DNA from: Octopus sinensis | Taxonomy: Eukaryota | DNA: 64,000 nucleotides | Assembly (NCBI RefSeq): GCF_006345805.1 | Contig: NC_043006.1 | Location: 36,952,001 to 37,016,000 of the forward strand | Direction: 5' to 3' | Shown: positions 25,738 through 39,000 of the stretch, piece by piece | How positions within the stretch are numbered: the stretch's first letter is position 1 | Layout of the letters: each line of letters begins with the position of its first letter | Position numbers and translations under genes: made by a program | Notes under the pieces: model-generated | Database searches by the model: none | Told to the model about the DNA's origin: nothing | The model's input: the letters and a program-made list of their open reading frames with translations, nothing else

Positions 25738-26159
25738 CTGTAAGTAACAGTGTAATGGGGAACACACACACACAGAATGACTGTAGGATACACATGCTTG
25801 CGCATTAAAAGAATGAAGACTAGCCATACACACACACACAGCTGTGTTTCTATTTCCACTTGACTTTTATCTCTGATAAATTGTCTCTCTAGGGGGCTGT
25901 GACACATTTAGACCTTAATCTAATCTAAATATAGGTAAGGTATAATTAACACCCCTACCACCACCACCACCACCACTGGTACCTTACCCCTTTCTCCTCA
26001 CCCCAAACAATCACCTCCTCTACCTTCATTCTTTATCTACCAACTTCCCTCTGCCTTTCATATTTACAACTTAATTTCTTTCTGTTGACATCACCTCTCC
26101 CCACTACACTCATCTTCCCTGCCCCTACTCTGATCTTTCTCCCCACCTTCCTGCTGGAG

Positions 26160-26211
<52 letters not shown>

Positions 26212-26289
26212 TGATGATGATGTTTTCTTTATTGGTCACAAGGGCTAAACAAAAAGGGGCAATACAACACAAGGAACAAATAGTGTTTG

Positions 26290-26970
26290 GAACAATGTTG
26301 TGATAAATAACAATAAAAATTACCCAAAAGGGGGTAGTTCCTTACAGGGACAACTGAGGAACCCTACACATCCTTGTTACCCCAACTGCCAGGTGCACCT
26401 CAGTAGGAGCCTCTCTCCTCAATTCCTCAGATTTATAAGCAATTGTTCAGAGTAGGCTCATTCGCATAGGCCACCCTCATCACATTCAGCCACCTTTCAA
26501 CAAATATATGGTGGTGTTGTTTGGTGTGGGGGCAGTACTTCCCTCTCCCCCACTCACTATCTTTTTTAAGTGGAACTTGAAAAAGTTGATGAGGGCTTGG
26601 CTGAAAAAGAAAGTATGGCTGCAGTCCCTTCAATCTTGTCCACCACACTACCTCCTTTTCCAAAGCTACCAAACAGAGGAAAACTGCCTTTTCTTCCTGG
26701 CCAAAAGAAGGTGGTAGGTTGACCTTCATGATGAAGTCAGCTGATAAATTGATTTGTCCAACATGCATCAACAGCTATGTGACAAAGCTCCACAAGTCAG
26801 TAAGTGCCCAGACAGTGGACAAGTGCAAGTACAATGGTTTCATCGACCTGCACACATCTCAAACAGGTCCCTCTGAGAGCACTTCCGTGCCTGTAAAGCT
26901 TGTTTCAAACCAGTAGAGCTCCCAGGTAGACCTGCCAGGTCAGGGATTTCTGAGAATTATCCATGAGTGA
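26290..26970 (-). mobile_element. L1/Tx1-clade LINE ORF2 3' fragment (zinc-knuckle region and C-terminus), pseudogenised
   Basis: MDNSQKSLTWQVY...CLRCVQVDETIVLALVHC...EVVWWTRLKGL...QALINFFKFHLKK...FVERWLNVMRVA, with stops and frameshifts. Confidence 0.8.
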
Positions 26971-28689
26971 GGGTGTGCTTATGGGATCAAGAAATTCACT
27001 TTGAAACCACAGGGTTTCAGGTTCAATTCCACTGCAGAGCAGTGGGACAAGAGTCATATACTCTGACCCTTGTCTGACTAATGCCATGTGAGCAAACTTG
27101 GTAGGGAGAAACTGTGTTGAAGCCAAGTATTTGACTCATCCCTACTGCCTGACGACCACTGTAACTTAGCAGTTCGGCCTTAGAGATTGACAGAATAAGT
27201 ACCAGACTTTAAAATGAAATAATGGGGTTGAAATGTTTGACTGAAGACTTCAAGGTAGTTTCCCAGGAGGGCAGTCCAATGGCTGAAGCAAATTTCACTC
27301 ACACAACACATTGATTTGCTTGGGGTTATAGTACAAGAAAACTTGCTTCAAGTTCTGTGCAGTGGGATTGAAATTGCAACCATGTGACTGCAAAACAAGC
27401 TTCTTAACCACACAGCCATGACCCACAAAAACAAAAAGAAAAAATGAACAGTAGCTAAATTTTTTAATCTTTTGTTTAAATTATTAGATTGTGGCCATGC
27501 TGGGGCACTGCCTTGAAGAACTTTTAATTGAACGAATTGACCCCAGGGCTTATTGTTTTTCTAAGCCTAGTACTTATTCTATCAGTCTCCTTTGCTGAGC
27601 TGTTAAGTTATGGGAATGTAAACACCAACACTGGTTGTCAAGCAGTGGTGGGGGAATAATCACACACACACACACATGATGAGCTTCTTTCAGTTTCCTT
27701 GTACGAAGTCCACTCACAGTGGAGGTGCATGTCTTGGTGGTTAAGGTGTACAACTCATGATTGTAAGATTGTGGTTTCAATTCCTGGACCTGGCTATGCT
27801 TTGTGTTCTTGAGCAAAACACTTCATTTCATGTTGCTGCTGTCCACTCAGATGGCAAAGATTAGTAACCTTGAAATGAACCAGCATCCTGTCCAAGGATG
27901 ACATACACACCAGAGAAACTGGGAAACCAAACCTATGCTCTTTATAGAGTAATGTGAACTAACCAAATCCACTCAAGGCTCTTTTAATCAGCTGAAGGCT
28001 AGAGCAGAAGCCACTTGCCTAAGGTGCCACACAGTGGGACTGAACCCGGAACCATGTAGTTGAGAAGGAAACGTCTTGCCACACAGCCATGTCTGCACCT
28101 TATTTCCACATAGTTATTAATTTCCAAAGTTAATTTCTAACTGGAAAAAACCAAAAAAAAACAAAAACAAACAAAAGAGCCCCAAAAGATAAAATGGGGT
28201 TTTAATATAAAAGGGTGGCAGTGGTGTATGGTGGGGGGAGGGTGACGAGGGTGATGGTAATGGGTGGTGGGTGGTTTTGGAACAAAACAACTTTGTTTAT
28301 TGTTAATATCTCAAGAATTTGACTGTGTTCAAATAACTACTAGCTGTTATATAAAAGAGTGTGGGATTTGTTTTTTTTTGTCTGTTCTTTGTTGGGTTTT
28401 TTATTGCTTTTTATAGTTTCTATTGTTGTTGCTACTGCTATTGTTGTTGTTGTTGTTGTCTTCAGAGTGAGACATACAGACAGATAGACAGACAGAGACA
28501 AAGATGGTATTATGGCAAAGAACTCAACAAAACCTGTCTTACAAATTTCGCTTCTGCTGCTACTGCCACTACTGCTACTGCTGCTAGTGTATTGTAGTTT
28601 TGTATTCTGTGATAGGAAAAGTGTGTGTGTGTGTGTGTGTGTGCGTGTGGGGGTGGGTTGGAGGGTGAGAGGCTATAGTTATAGTACAG

Positions 28690-29110
28690 GAGTGAAAGAG
28701 GGAAAGAATGAGTGAATGAGATAAGAGAGAGATGAAGAAGAGTGGTGGCAAAGGAAGGTGGTTACAAATGTTGTTGGCTGGTTGATTGGTAGGTGATGTA
28801 ATTAGGTTGTTTTGCCTTTGTGTTGATGATGATAGTGATGTAATTATGTGGTGGTGGTGGTGGTGGTGGTAATGGGTAACTGCAATGTGGTGTTGATAAC
28901 ATTGGTGGCTTGTTGTGAAGATAGCACTGACTCGATAGAGATTACAGTTGTGATCTGTGGTGGTGGTGATACAAGTAGTGGCAGTGGTGGCAGTAGAAGT
29001 AGTGGTGGTGGTGGTAGTGCTTGTGTGGAAATGAATTGTTTCTTGTATTAATAGGTGGTGGTGGTTGTGTTGTAACAGTGGTAGGTGAAGTAGTAGTAGT
29101 ACAGGTGGTG
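28690..29110. repeat. GGT/GTA-rich low-complexity tract
   Basis: Direct inspection. Confidence 0.85.
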
Positions 29111-29216
29111 GTTTTTGCTAACACAGTCTCACTGGGTGGTTGCTGTTGCTAGCATTCTTACACTGGGTGCTTCATGTTGCTAATATAATTATTCTGGGTG
29201 GTTCGTGTTGCTAATG
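29100..29216. repeat. Short minisatellite, ~4 copies of ctgggtg(g)ttNNtgttgcta
   Basis: Direct inspection, period about 31-33 bp. Confidence 0.7.
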
Positions 29217-29439
29217 TAAGTTAAACATTGAACAAAAGGTGGTATTTGCTTCAGATCTTATATTCTGCATTGAGATCCCACCAAGGTCAGCCTGAAGTTA
29301 TAGTAGAAGACATTTACCCAAATTGCCAACAGTGGGACGGAACTCAGAACCATGTGATTGGAAGGCAAACTTCTTACCATACAACCACACTTGTGCCTAT
29401 ATTATTATATTTTAATTTTTTATAGAAATACTGTATCCA

Positions 29440-30290
29440 ATATTCTTTATTCTTTTAATTGTATCAGTTATTTGATTGTGGCCCAGCTGGAGCACTACCA
29501 TGATAGGTTTTTAGTCAAACAATTCGACCCCAGGACTTATTCGTTGTAAGACTAGTACTTATTCTATCGGTCACTTTTGCTGAACCGCTAATTTTCGGAG
29601 ATGTAAAAACACCAACATCAGTTGTCAAGTGATAGTGGAGGGACAAACACAGACAGAAACACACACACACACATAATTATATACATACACATGGCGGGCT
29701 TCTTTAAGTTTCTATCTACCAAATCCACTTACAAGGCTGTGGTCAGCCCGAGGCTATAATAGAAGACACTTGCCCAAGGTACCACACAGTGGGACTGAAA
29801 CCAGAACCATGTGGTTGGGAAGCAAGCTTCTTACAACACAGCCATGCCTGTGCCTATATAAGACTTTCTCACTTCCTGAGCGTTAAACTAACACATCTGT
29901 TTGTTGATTACTCACCCGGCTTTTGTTTTTTTTGTAAATTCTCACTATAATATTCTCTTTTACTTGTTTCAGTCATTTTGACTGCGGCCATGCTGGAGCA
30001 CTGCCTTTAGTCGAGCAACTCGACCCCGGGACTTATTCTTTGTAAGCCCAGTACTTATTCTATCGGTCTCTTTTGCCGAACCGCTAATATATATATATAT
30101 ATACATACACACACACACACACACACATATATATACAATAGTCTTCTTTCAGTTTTCGTCTACCAAATCCACACACAAGGCTTTGGTTGGCTCAAGGTTA
30201 TAGTAGAAGACCCTTGCCCAAGGTGGACAAGTGGACTGAACCCAGAACCATGTAGTTGGGAAACAAGCTTCTTACCACACAGCCATGCCT
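29440..30290 (-). mobile_element. Two family A SINEs with a Penelope-like tail fragment between them (~29860-29960)
   Basis: Family A consensus matches; middle piece matches the sequence 3' of the 59259 hammerhead. Confidence 0.8.
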
Positions 30291-30446
30291 GTATGACAAT
30301 GTACAGTGTACCTTCTTTGTTTTAAGATGGTTAGAGTATAATCTGATGGAAATGTGGCTACTCATTCTTGTAGATCAAGTGACCATGTAGAGAGTTTCTC
30401 ATAAACTCTTTAGCATTCAGATTACTCTGTCAAACATAATGCTTAT

Positions 30447-30900
30447 TTATTACCTCTGCATTAATCATGGCGGAGGTATTGTTTTCAGTTGTGTTTGTTT
30501 GTTCATGAAGAAGATATCTCAAGAACAGCTGGATGGATTCGGATGTTTGGCCTTGTGACTGGCACAGATTGATTAGTTTTGGGGATCAATCCAGTACTAG
30601 ACAAGGATTCTGGATAATTTTTCATTTCTTTTTTACTTAACTTTTGAGAGCGATCGGATTCAGTTTTAGTATTCTTGTTTGTGAGAGCAGTCAAGTTTAT
30701 TTCAGATATTCTTATTTTAAAAATCATCTCAGGCTAATAATTGAGAGGACATTGCTGTTGCCTTGATGGAATGTTTCATCCGAATCCATCCAGTGGTTCT
30801 TGAGATATCTTGTCCACAGACAAACAATCAAACAAACAAATAATAAGTACACACAACTAAAAACAATACTTGTGCCTTCGCTAAGGCAGAGGCAATAATT
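30447..30900. mobile_element. Helentron/HINE-like element plus an inverted copy of its 5' end
   Basis: 'ggcggaggtattgttttcagttgtg...' at 30470; reverse complement at ~30765-30900; same family as 37104. Confidence 0.65.
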
Positions 30901-31550
30901 CTTTCTACTATAGGCACAAGGCCTGAAATTTGGGGAGAGGAGACTAGTCAATTACATTGACCCTAGTGTTTTGTTGGTACTTAATTTACTGACCCCGAAA
31001 GGATGAAAGGAAAAGTCAACCTCAGTGGAATTTGAACTCAGAACGTAATGGCAGATGAAATACCGCTAAGCATTTCACCCACAGTGCTAACGATTCTGCC
31101 AGCTATAAGTGTCTTGGTTGGTAGTTGCAATAGTTGTTATGACAATAGTGATGGTGAGGTGGATGATGATAAAAATGAAATGAATAATGGTGGTGGTGGT
31201 GATGGTGGTGAATGCGAAGATGGATATTGTATATGGTATATACAATAGCAGTGGAACTTTGGAATAAACTGACTGACTTTCTAGCTTGGATGCCGAGACA
31301 AGATTTATTGACACATTTCCTCACATACATTCTCATTCTTCACTCCAAGAATAGATACAGAGAACAGACTAATTAGTCAGATATGAGTGTGTATGTGTGT
31401 GTGTGTGTTTATGTCAATAGGAGAGGATCAACAGCACACATATACACACACTGAGGAAAGAATGTGTGAGTAGTAAGGAGGATCATTGTGTCTCCATTTC
31501 TTTTAATACTATTCATATTACTGAAAGCTTTGTGTTTTACAATTTTGTTT

Positions 31551-31589
<39 letters not shown>

Positions 31590-31595
<6 letters not shown>

Positions 31596-31980
31596 CACAG
31601 GAGTGGCTGTGTGGTAAGTAGCTTGCTTACCAACCACATGTTTCCAGGTTCATTTCCATTGTGTGGCACCATGGGCAATTGTTTTCTACTATAGCCTCAG
31701 GCCAACCAAATCCACTTGTGAGTGGATTTGGGAGACGGAAGCTGAAAGAAGCCTGTCGTATATATATATATGTATATGTGTGTGTGTGTGTGTGTTTGTC
31801 CCCCCAACATCGCTTGACAACAAATGCTGGTGTGTTTACAACCCCCTAACTTAGTGGTTCGGCAAAAGAGACTGACAGAATAAGTACTACGCTTACAAAG
31901 AAAAAGTTCTGGGGTTGATTTGCTTGACTAAAGGCACTGCTCCAACATGGCCGCAGTCAAATGACCGAAACAAGTAAAAC
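31590..31980 (+). mobile_element. Full-length family A tRNA-SINE
   Basis: A-box gtggctgtgtggtaag, B-box-like ccaggttcatttcc, internal (TA)/(GT) repeat, tail gaaacaagtaaaac; other full copies at ~42005-42390, 48690-49085, 55880-56285. Confidence 0.9.
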
Positions 31981-32247
31981 AAATGTGCAGGTATGATGCT
32001 GTGATTAAGAGGGTAGTTTAGAAGGATTGAGTACTTCTTTTGCTGATCGTACTAACAAGGAAACAGTATACACATACACATAGTGTTGAGTGTATATTAA
32101 ACACTTGCACACATTATTTACAGATATATCTGTATACACACACAATGTACTTACTAAATGAAATAATAACAGTTATATTTGTTTTAGAAGTATTATATAT
32201 ATATAAATGTCTATACATCTATGTATATATATGTGTGTGTGCATACA

Positions 32248-32468
<221 letters not shown>

Positions 32469-32531
32469 TGCACAAGTGTATGTGTGTGTATGTATAACAG
32501 AAAGAACAACATATGTATAAAAGAATGTTAC

Positions 32532-32598
32532 CAGCAGGGGTAAATGGCACTACCTGGCACTGCCGCTCTCTTTGGCAGCTGGCAATGAAATCACTTAA
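32532..32598 (-). CDS. Candidate exon [15 protein letters not shown](VVPFTPA), with alternative donors at 32554 and 32532
   Basis: cctatctataaacag| acceptor; CAG|gtagtg or CTG|gtaaca donors; only phase 0 is open; GC-rich unique island. Confidence 0.35.
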
Positions 32599-33128
32599 CT
32601 GTTTATAGATAGGTCTTTAAGTAAAGAGATGTTTGTGGTTAGATGGAATCGGTTAAGGGGGTTATTTTGTTCATTCTTTTTTTCTTTTTTTTCTTTCATT
32701 TTCGGTTATTGCTGCTATTAATAACCTATATATATATTTTCACTGCTAAATGTTATACAGGTATATATTTGTGTCAAACATGTGTTTGCATATATAAATA
32801 AATGCATGCGTGTTTGTGTATAAAACCCCTCTTCATAAGGTAACTTTTGAAGCTTAGCACTCACAAATAAGAAGCAATTCCACCCTGCCACCCATCGCAG
32901 AGTTGGAGTTCTTTGAAACTCAAAAGCAAGAGTTGTTTGAGTTGTTAGACTGTGGCCATGCTGGGGCACCACCCTGAAGAATTTTTAGTTGAATGAATTA
33001 ACCCTGGTATTTTGCTTTTCTTTAATGCCTGATACTCCTTTGCTAAACCATTAAGTCCTGGGGATATAAACACACCCACATCGGTTGTCAGTCAGTGGTG
33101 GGGCACAGACAGACACAAACACACACAG

Positions 33129-33168
<40 letters not shown>

Positions 33169-34320
33169 GGGCTTTCAGTTTCTGTCTGCCAAATCCACTC
33201 ACAAGGCTTTGGTCAGCCCTAGGTTATAGCAGATGACATTTGCCCAAGGTGCCATACTGTGGGACTGAACCCAGCACCACGTGGTTGGTAAGCAAGCTTC
33301 TTACCACATAGCCATGTTTGACACATGATTGTATTTACTTGTATTTACAGTTCTATTTACTCAGGAACATTCAAAGAAAACTTAGGAGTGAACTGTGTCC
33401 TGCAAGAGTTGGTAGTCAGCAGAATCAATGATGGAGATTATACTAACTGCTAGAAATAACAACTAAACTTCCTTCAAACTAAACCTACACCATCATCATC
33501 ATCATTCAATGTTCATTTTCTATGCTGGCATGGGTTAGATGGTTTGACAGGAGGTGGCCAGCTGGAGAGCTGCATTAGACTCCAACTGTCTGTATTGGAA
33601 TGGTTCCTGAGGCTGGATGCCCTTCCTGATGTCAACCACTTCATAGAGTGTTCTGAGTGTGTTTTATGTGTCACTGGCACAGGCACTTTTATGCGACACC
33701 TTAAAAATTATAATTATAAAATAAAAAAAAAAAAGGGACACATTGGGTAACCGACAGCTTGAGAAATTAATGTGCAAATGGCTGAGTAACTCCATGACAG
33801 AATACCCTTCATGTAAGTTCCGAGGGAGACTCAGCATGACACAGAATGTGACAAGGCAGGCCCATTGAATTACAAGTATCACTCATCCTCGTCAGATAAG
33901 TGGACTGGAGCAATGTGAAACAAAGTGTCTCGCTCAAGAACACAATGTACCGCTTGGAATTGAACTCAAGACCTCATGATCGTGAGCTGAATACCCTAAC
34001 CACTAAGCCATGTGTCTTTGCGACACATTGGATAATATATTCCAAGCTATATTGTTTCAACAGAAGATGGAATGGTCATAAATGAAATGCTTTTGATTGA
34101 GTAGTGCTGATATTATCAATTAAGTCATTAAGGTGCGGCCATGCTGGAACATCACCTTGAGAGGTTTTTCTTTGAATTGACCTCTGTACTTAAGTTGTTT
34201 TTTTTTAAAGCTTGGTACTTATTTTATCAGTATCTTTTGCTGAACCACTAAGTTACCAACACCAGTTGTCAAGCAGTAGAAGTGGGTGACAAACAAAGAT
34301 GCACACACATGTATATAAAC

Positions 34321-34733
34321 TACTAGCAGCTAAGCCCGGTTTCACCCGGTCTGTTTGGATGATGTGGCTGTGATCGTTTTCGGTTAGGCATAATCTATAA
34401 CAGCGTTTCTCAACTTTATCATTTTGGGCCGCCTGTTTCAATTGGAGCCTCCAGCTGTATGAACATTTCCTGACCCCACCCTGTCAGAAAACAGCTTCTA
34501 AGCAAATGGTTGTTTTAATGGCGGAAGAAAGAGGGGAATTCCATTAGAAAAAGTTTTAATTGATTTTCTCGGTAAGTATGGGGGCAAAGTAAAAAATACA
34601 AACTGTATTCCAATCTATGCACCCATCTCCACATGTGTTCCATTTTTCACGTGAATCCATCCAGCTGTTTGGCTGTGAACCTCAAGGCAAGAAAGAATAC
34701 AATGATCGCCCATGTCCAATTTATATTATAGAT
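34321..34733 (+). mobile_element. Non-autonomous Helitron/Helentron-like (DINE-1/HINE-like) element
   Basis: 5' tactagcag...cccggtttcacccgg short inverted repeat; 3' end ...tatattatagat; CpGs retained. Confidence 0.6.
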
Positions 34734-35099
34734 GTTGTATATCTATGTATTTTTTTTTGTCTTGCAATTACTTTGTGACCCTGTCAGTGTAGGTGTCACT
34801 TAAAAGCACCCAATCCACACTGTATAGTGTGGGATTTGGAAGGGCATCCAGCTGTAAAAATCTTGCCAAAACTGACCTCATCTGTGCTTGTACCATGTAA
34901 AAAGTCCACTCTGCTGAGTGGTTGGTGTTAGGAAGGGCAGCCAACTGTGAAAATCCTGGCAAAACAGTTACAGAAGTCTGGTGCAGGCTTCTGTCTGGCC
35001 AGCTCTTCTCAAACCATCCCACCCATGCTAGCATGGAAGGTGGACGTTAAACAATGATGAAAACAGGCTTATAAGTCACGTGTGTTATGGTGGTTGTTT

Positions 35100-35400
35100 A
35101 CTCCTTATGTAGAGTTTGACCACTTCCAGTACCTACACCTTGGAACCATAATGGCATCTGATGTGGATTTTTAAACCAGACAATGTTTTGAAAAGACACC
35201 CACATAGATTGCATATCTGATTTGTACCACTAAAAGCTGCAGATAAGTTCTGATCTTTGTGGATCTTAAAATGTCATTTGAGGCCTCCGTTAGATTTGCA
35301 AACCTTCTGGCCTACATTGCATTGAACGGTGTGCACAGACATATAGGCAGAATAGTTGGTGGAGGTTCATTTTCTATGGGTTCGCAAATGAGATTTGAGC
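35100..35400 (-). pseudogene. Decayed double C2H2-finger fragment, probably the C-terminus of an RTE-type LINE ORF
   Basis: CNVGQKVCKSNGGLK*HFKIH...ICNLCGCLFKTLSGLKS(fs)IRCH; internal stop and frameshift. Confidence 0.6.
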
Positions 35401-35480
35401 CCAGCAAAAGAAAGGCATGATCTGTCACAAACTGTGCACACATACTATATGTGTATATATGTGTGTGTGTGTGTGTGTGC

Positions 35481-35523
<43 letters not shown>

Positions 35524-37103
35524 TGAAGGGCTTCCATTTAGTTTCTGGCAAGTAAATTCACTCACAAGGTGTCAGTCACCCTAAGGCAATAGTAGAAGAC
35601 ACTTGCCCATAGTACTGTACAGCTGAACCTGAAATCATGTGATCGTGAAGAGAGCTTCTTAATCAGTCATGTTTGTACCTATAAATACCAGTTTTTTGGA
35701 AGAGGAGAAATCTTTCTGGAAAAATGAAAATTCTTATTCTACTACTTTCAAGAGTTCACACAGAGAATTCTAGACTAGCTTATGATTGGGTTCAGTTCTT
35801 TGTCATCTAAGATCCTAGGTATCAAATGGGTTTGAACCTGTTTTCTTAGTATTTGGAGCCAAGCAAAAAAGACAATTTTGTTTTTAAATCAAATATTACA
35901 TGCTTGAACTACTAAAAATAGCAGGCAGCTCTCCTTTATTCCCTTTCTTTGTAGTCCCTTAGACAACAGTGGCCTCAAGCTGTAGAGAAGTTGGTGTCCC
36001 TATGAGAAATTAATCACTCATTATCTTGTAGCTTTGATATTTCGATGATGTAATTATTTTAAAAATGACATTGTAGGTCAGGAGTGAGAGGCCAGATATG
36101 GCCAATTTGGACATAACATAGGTAGAATATTAGGGCTGGATCTGGCCAGATTAAATACTAAAAGAATAAATTCAATCTAAATTAAAAACTACTATCAAAT
36201 TTCAGGTCAATCTATATTCAAATGTCAACTTAATAATTATTTTAATAAATTTTTTCGTTGCTTTCAAAATTGATTGAAGCAAGGATGGAATAAATATGGT
36301 AACAAAAGGGATAGAGAAAGGACACATTGCACAATTTAGTCCTAGATATAGAAGAATCAAGATGGGATGGTCACAGCTGTAACAGCTTTCATCACATGTC
36401 TGTTCAATCAAGACTGACCTGGGGCTAGACAATACAATTCGTTCTGTTAAACTAGTCGACTAATTACAAGGTTCAGCGGTTATCTAAATATAATTGCACA
36501 CAACAGACAAATCCAGGAGTAAACATGTGCATCAGGACACACACACACAAAATATACATCCATACAACATTACAAACACATACATGTGTCCACATACACC
36601 CACATTAGCAAGACAGATTACGCTGTAATTAAACAGATGGAAAATTTGCTATATTTTGTCCATCAGGCATCTGTAGGATGCACTAATTCCTGTTATTATC
36701 ATTGCTTTTATTATTAAAGGTGGCAAGCTGGCAGAATCGTTAGCACACTGGGAAAAATGCTTAGTGGCATTTTGTCTGAGTTCAAATTCCACCATGATAA
36801 CCTTTGCCTTTCATTCTTTCAGGGTCGATAAATTAAGTACCAGTGAAACACTGAGGTTGATGTAATCGATTAGTCCCCTCTCTCCAAATTTCAGATTGTG
36901 TGTAAAGTAGAAAGGATTATCATTATTATTAAGTCTTCACGTTCTGAGTTCAAATGCTGCCAGGGTTGACTGCCATTCATCCTTTCAAGTTCGATAAAAT
37001 AAGTACCAGTTGAATACTGGGGTTGATGTGATTGACTGATCATCTCTCCCCAAAATTTCAGGCCTTGTGCCTATAACAGAAAAGATTATCATCATCATCA
37101 TTA

Positions 37104-37465
37104 TTAACTCTGCCTTAGCAAAGGCAGAGGTATTGTTTTCAGTTGTGTTTGTTTGTCTGTGGACAAGATATCTCAAGAACCACTGGATGGATTCGGATGA
37201 AACTTTTAGGGATATTTGGCCTCGTGACTGGCATGAACTGATTAGATTTTGGGATCAATCTGGTACTGGACAAGGATTCTGGATTATTTTTCCTGTTTTT
37301 TTACTTAATTCTTGAGAGCGGGTAGGTTCATTTTTAGTATTCTCGTTTGTGAGAGCAGTCGAGTTTATTTAAGATATTCTCATTTTAAAAATCTTCTCTG
37401 GCTATTCATTGAGGGGACGTTGGTGTTGCTTTGGCAGAGGTCTGCACTCTCTGAGTGCTCTTGTT
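37104..37465 (+). mobile_element. Complete Helentron/HINE-like element
   Basis: 5' ctctgcc...ggcagagg hairpin; 3' subterminal ggcagagg and stem-loop gcactc-tct-gagtgc followed by T-rich end. Confidence 0.7.
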
Positions 37466-37798
37466 ATTTTTTTATTACTTTGTTTTACATGATTCAGAAA
37501 CATGTTTTACTGTGGGGGTTATTAATCATTAGCAACAATGTCTTGTAGAGAAAGGAAAAAGGAGACCAAGACCTGAGAATCAAAATTGTTAAATTTGTAA
37601 TACACTGTATTCAGGACCACTCCAAGACAGCTGGCTGTAATTTAAAGGAGGTTTGATATTTCTAGATGATCAAGCAACAAAATAGAAGTTCCTTTATTGG
37701 TATGATAAAGGTCAGGTTTTCAGTGGCACCACACAGAGTTAAATGGTTTATAGGGCCTACTTAGCTCTAAGTCTCTTGTCCTAAAATTTACAACTTAC

Positions 37799-37816
37799 AG
37801 CGTTGAAATCCACAGG
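37799..37816 (-). CDS. Weak candidate 18-nt microexon CCTGTGGATTTCAACGCT
   Basis: caagtctttgtctag| acceptor, GCT|gtaagt donor; abuts a decayed SINE B. Confidence 0.25.
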
Positions 37817-39000
37817 CTAGACAAAGACTTGTGGTATTTCATTTGTCCCCTTTATGTTTTTGGTTCAAATCCTACCAGGTTCAACTATGCTTTTATCAAC
37901 TGTCTGAGACTGGGAGAGGAAGAAATACCAACAATATACTGGGGGTTGATTTACTGACTTTTTCCCAATGTTAGAATTCACGATTTTGTTCCAATATTAG
38001 AAATCATTATTATGGTTAATAGAATTATCATCACACATTGACTGGCACAGGCATAGTAGTGCAGTAAGAAGTTTATTTCCCGATCACATGGTTTCAGGTT
38101 GAGTCCTACAGTGTGGTATCTTAGGCAAATATTTTCTACTATAGCCACAGGTTTATCAAAATCTTGTGAGTATATTTGTAGACAGAGACTGAAAGAAGCC
38201 TGTTGTACATATATATATATATATATATAATCATCATTTAATGTGTTTACTCCACGCTGGTATATGTTGGATGGTTTGACAGAAGCTGACTCATCAGATG
38301 ACTGCATGACATGCCCTTACTAATGCCAACTACTTTACAGAGTGTACTGGGTGCTTTTTATATGCACCAGTATACTCTCCGCGCTCTATCATAGCTTAAT
38401 AATCTCATCACCTGGCACAAAACCACCTCTCCCAATACAACTCCCTCAGTTGAGGGGTCTGTGTGTGTGCGCGCATGTATGTTACTGTCCTCATGTCTTG
38501 ATATCACTTGATAGTTGTAAGTGGTTGTCACCATCATGCAAATAATGTCCATTTCCAGTCTTCCAAGTTTGGTCATAAAGAAACAGGTGAAGGTGGGCGA
38601 AAGGTAGGGTATCTAGCCATAGAAAATTTCCAAGTATGGAAAAGTGGACATTAGCCCTTTTGTTACCATATTTCTGTTGAGATGCTTTGTTTCTTTCAAT
38701 AAATTTTAAATATAACAAAGAATTTAGTAAAATAACTTTGTTATCATTAAGCTAGGAATATAAATTGTGACTAAGGTTTGGTGGAAGATTTTAATTCAGA
38801 ACTTTTGAAAACAAGACATTTGTACAACAGAACCAGAAGCGGTTTCAGCTGGGTTGGTATCAAAAAAGGGTTAAATAAACCAATGAGGATACTGATGATG
38901 TTAAGTCTCAAATTTGTGAAGAGAGACAAAAGTGCAGGATTGGATCAGATTGGAATGAACCTGAAGGTATATGCCAGGCATATTTTATATAACTTGAGAG

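Noticed and set aside
28348-28600. TATATAAAAG followed by a signal-peptide-like ORF (MAKNSTKPVLQISLLLLL)
   Set aside because: TATA-like words are common in AT-rich DNA; the Leu run comes from a (CTA/CTG)n repeat
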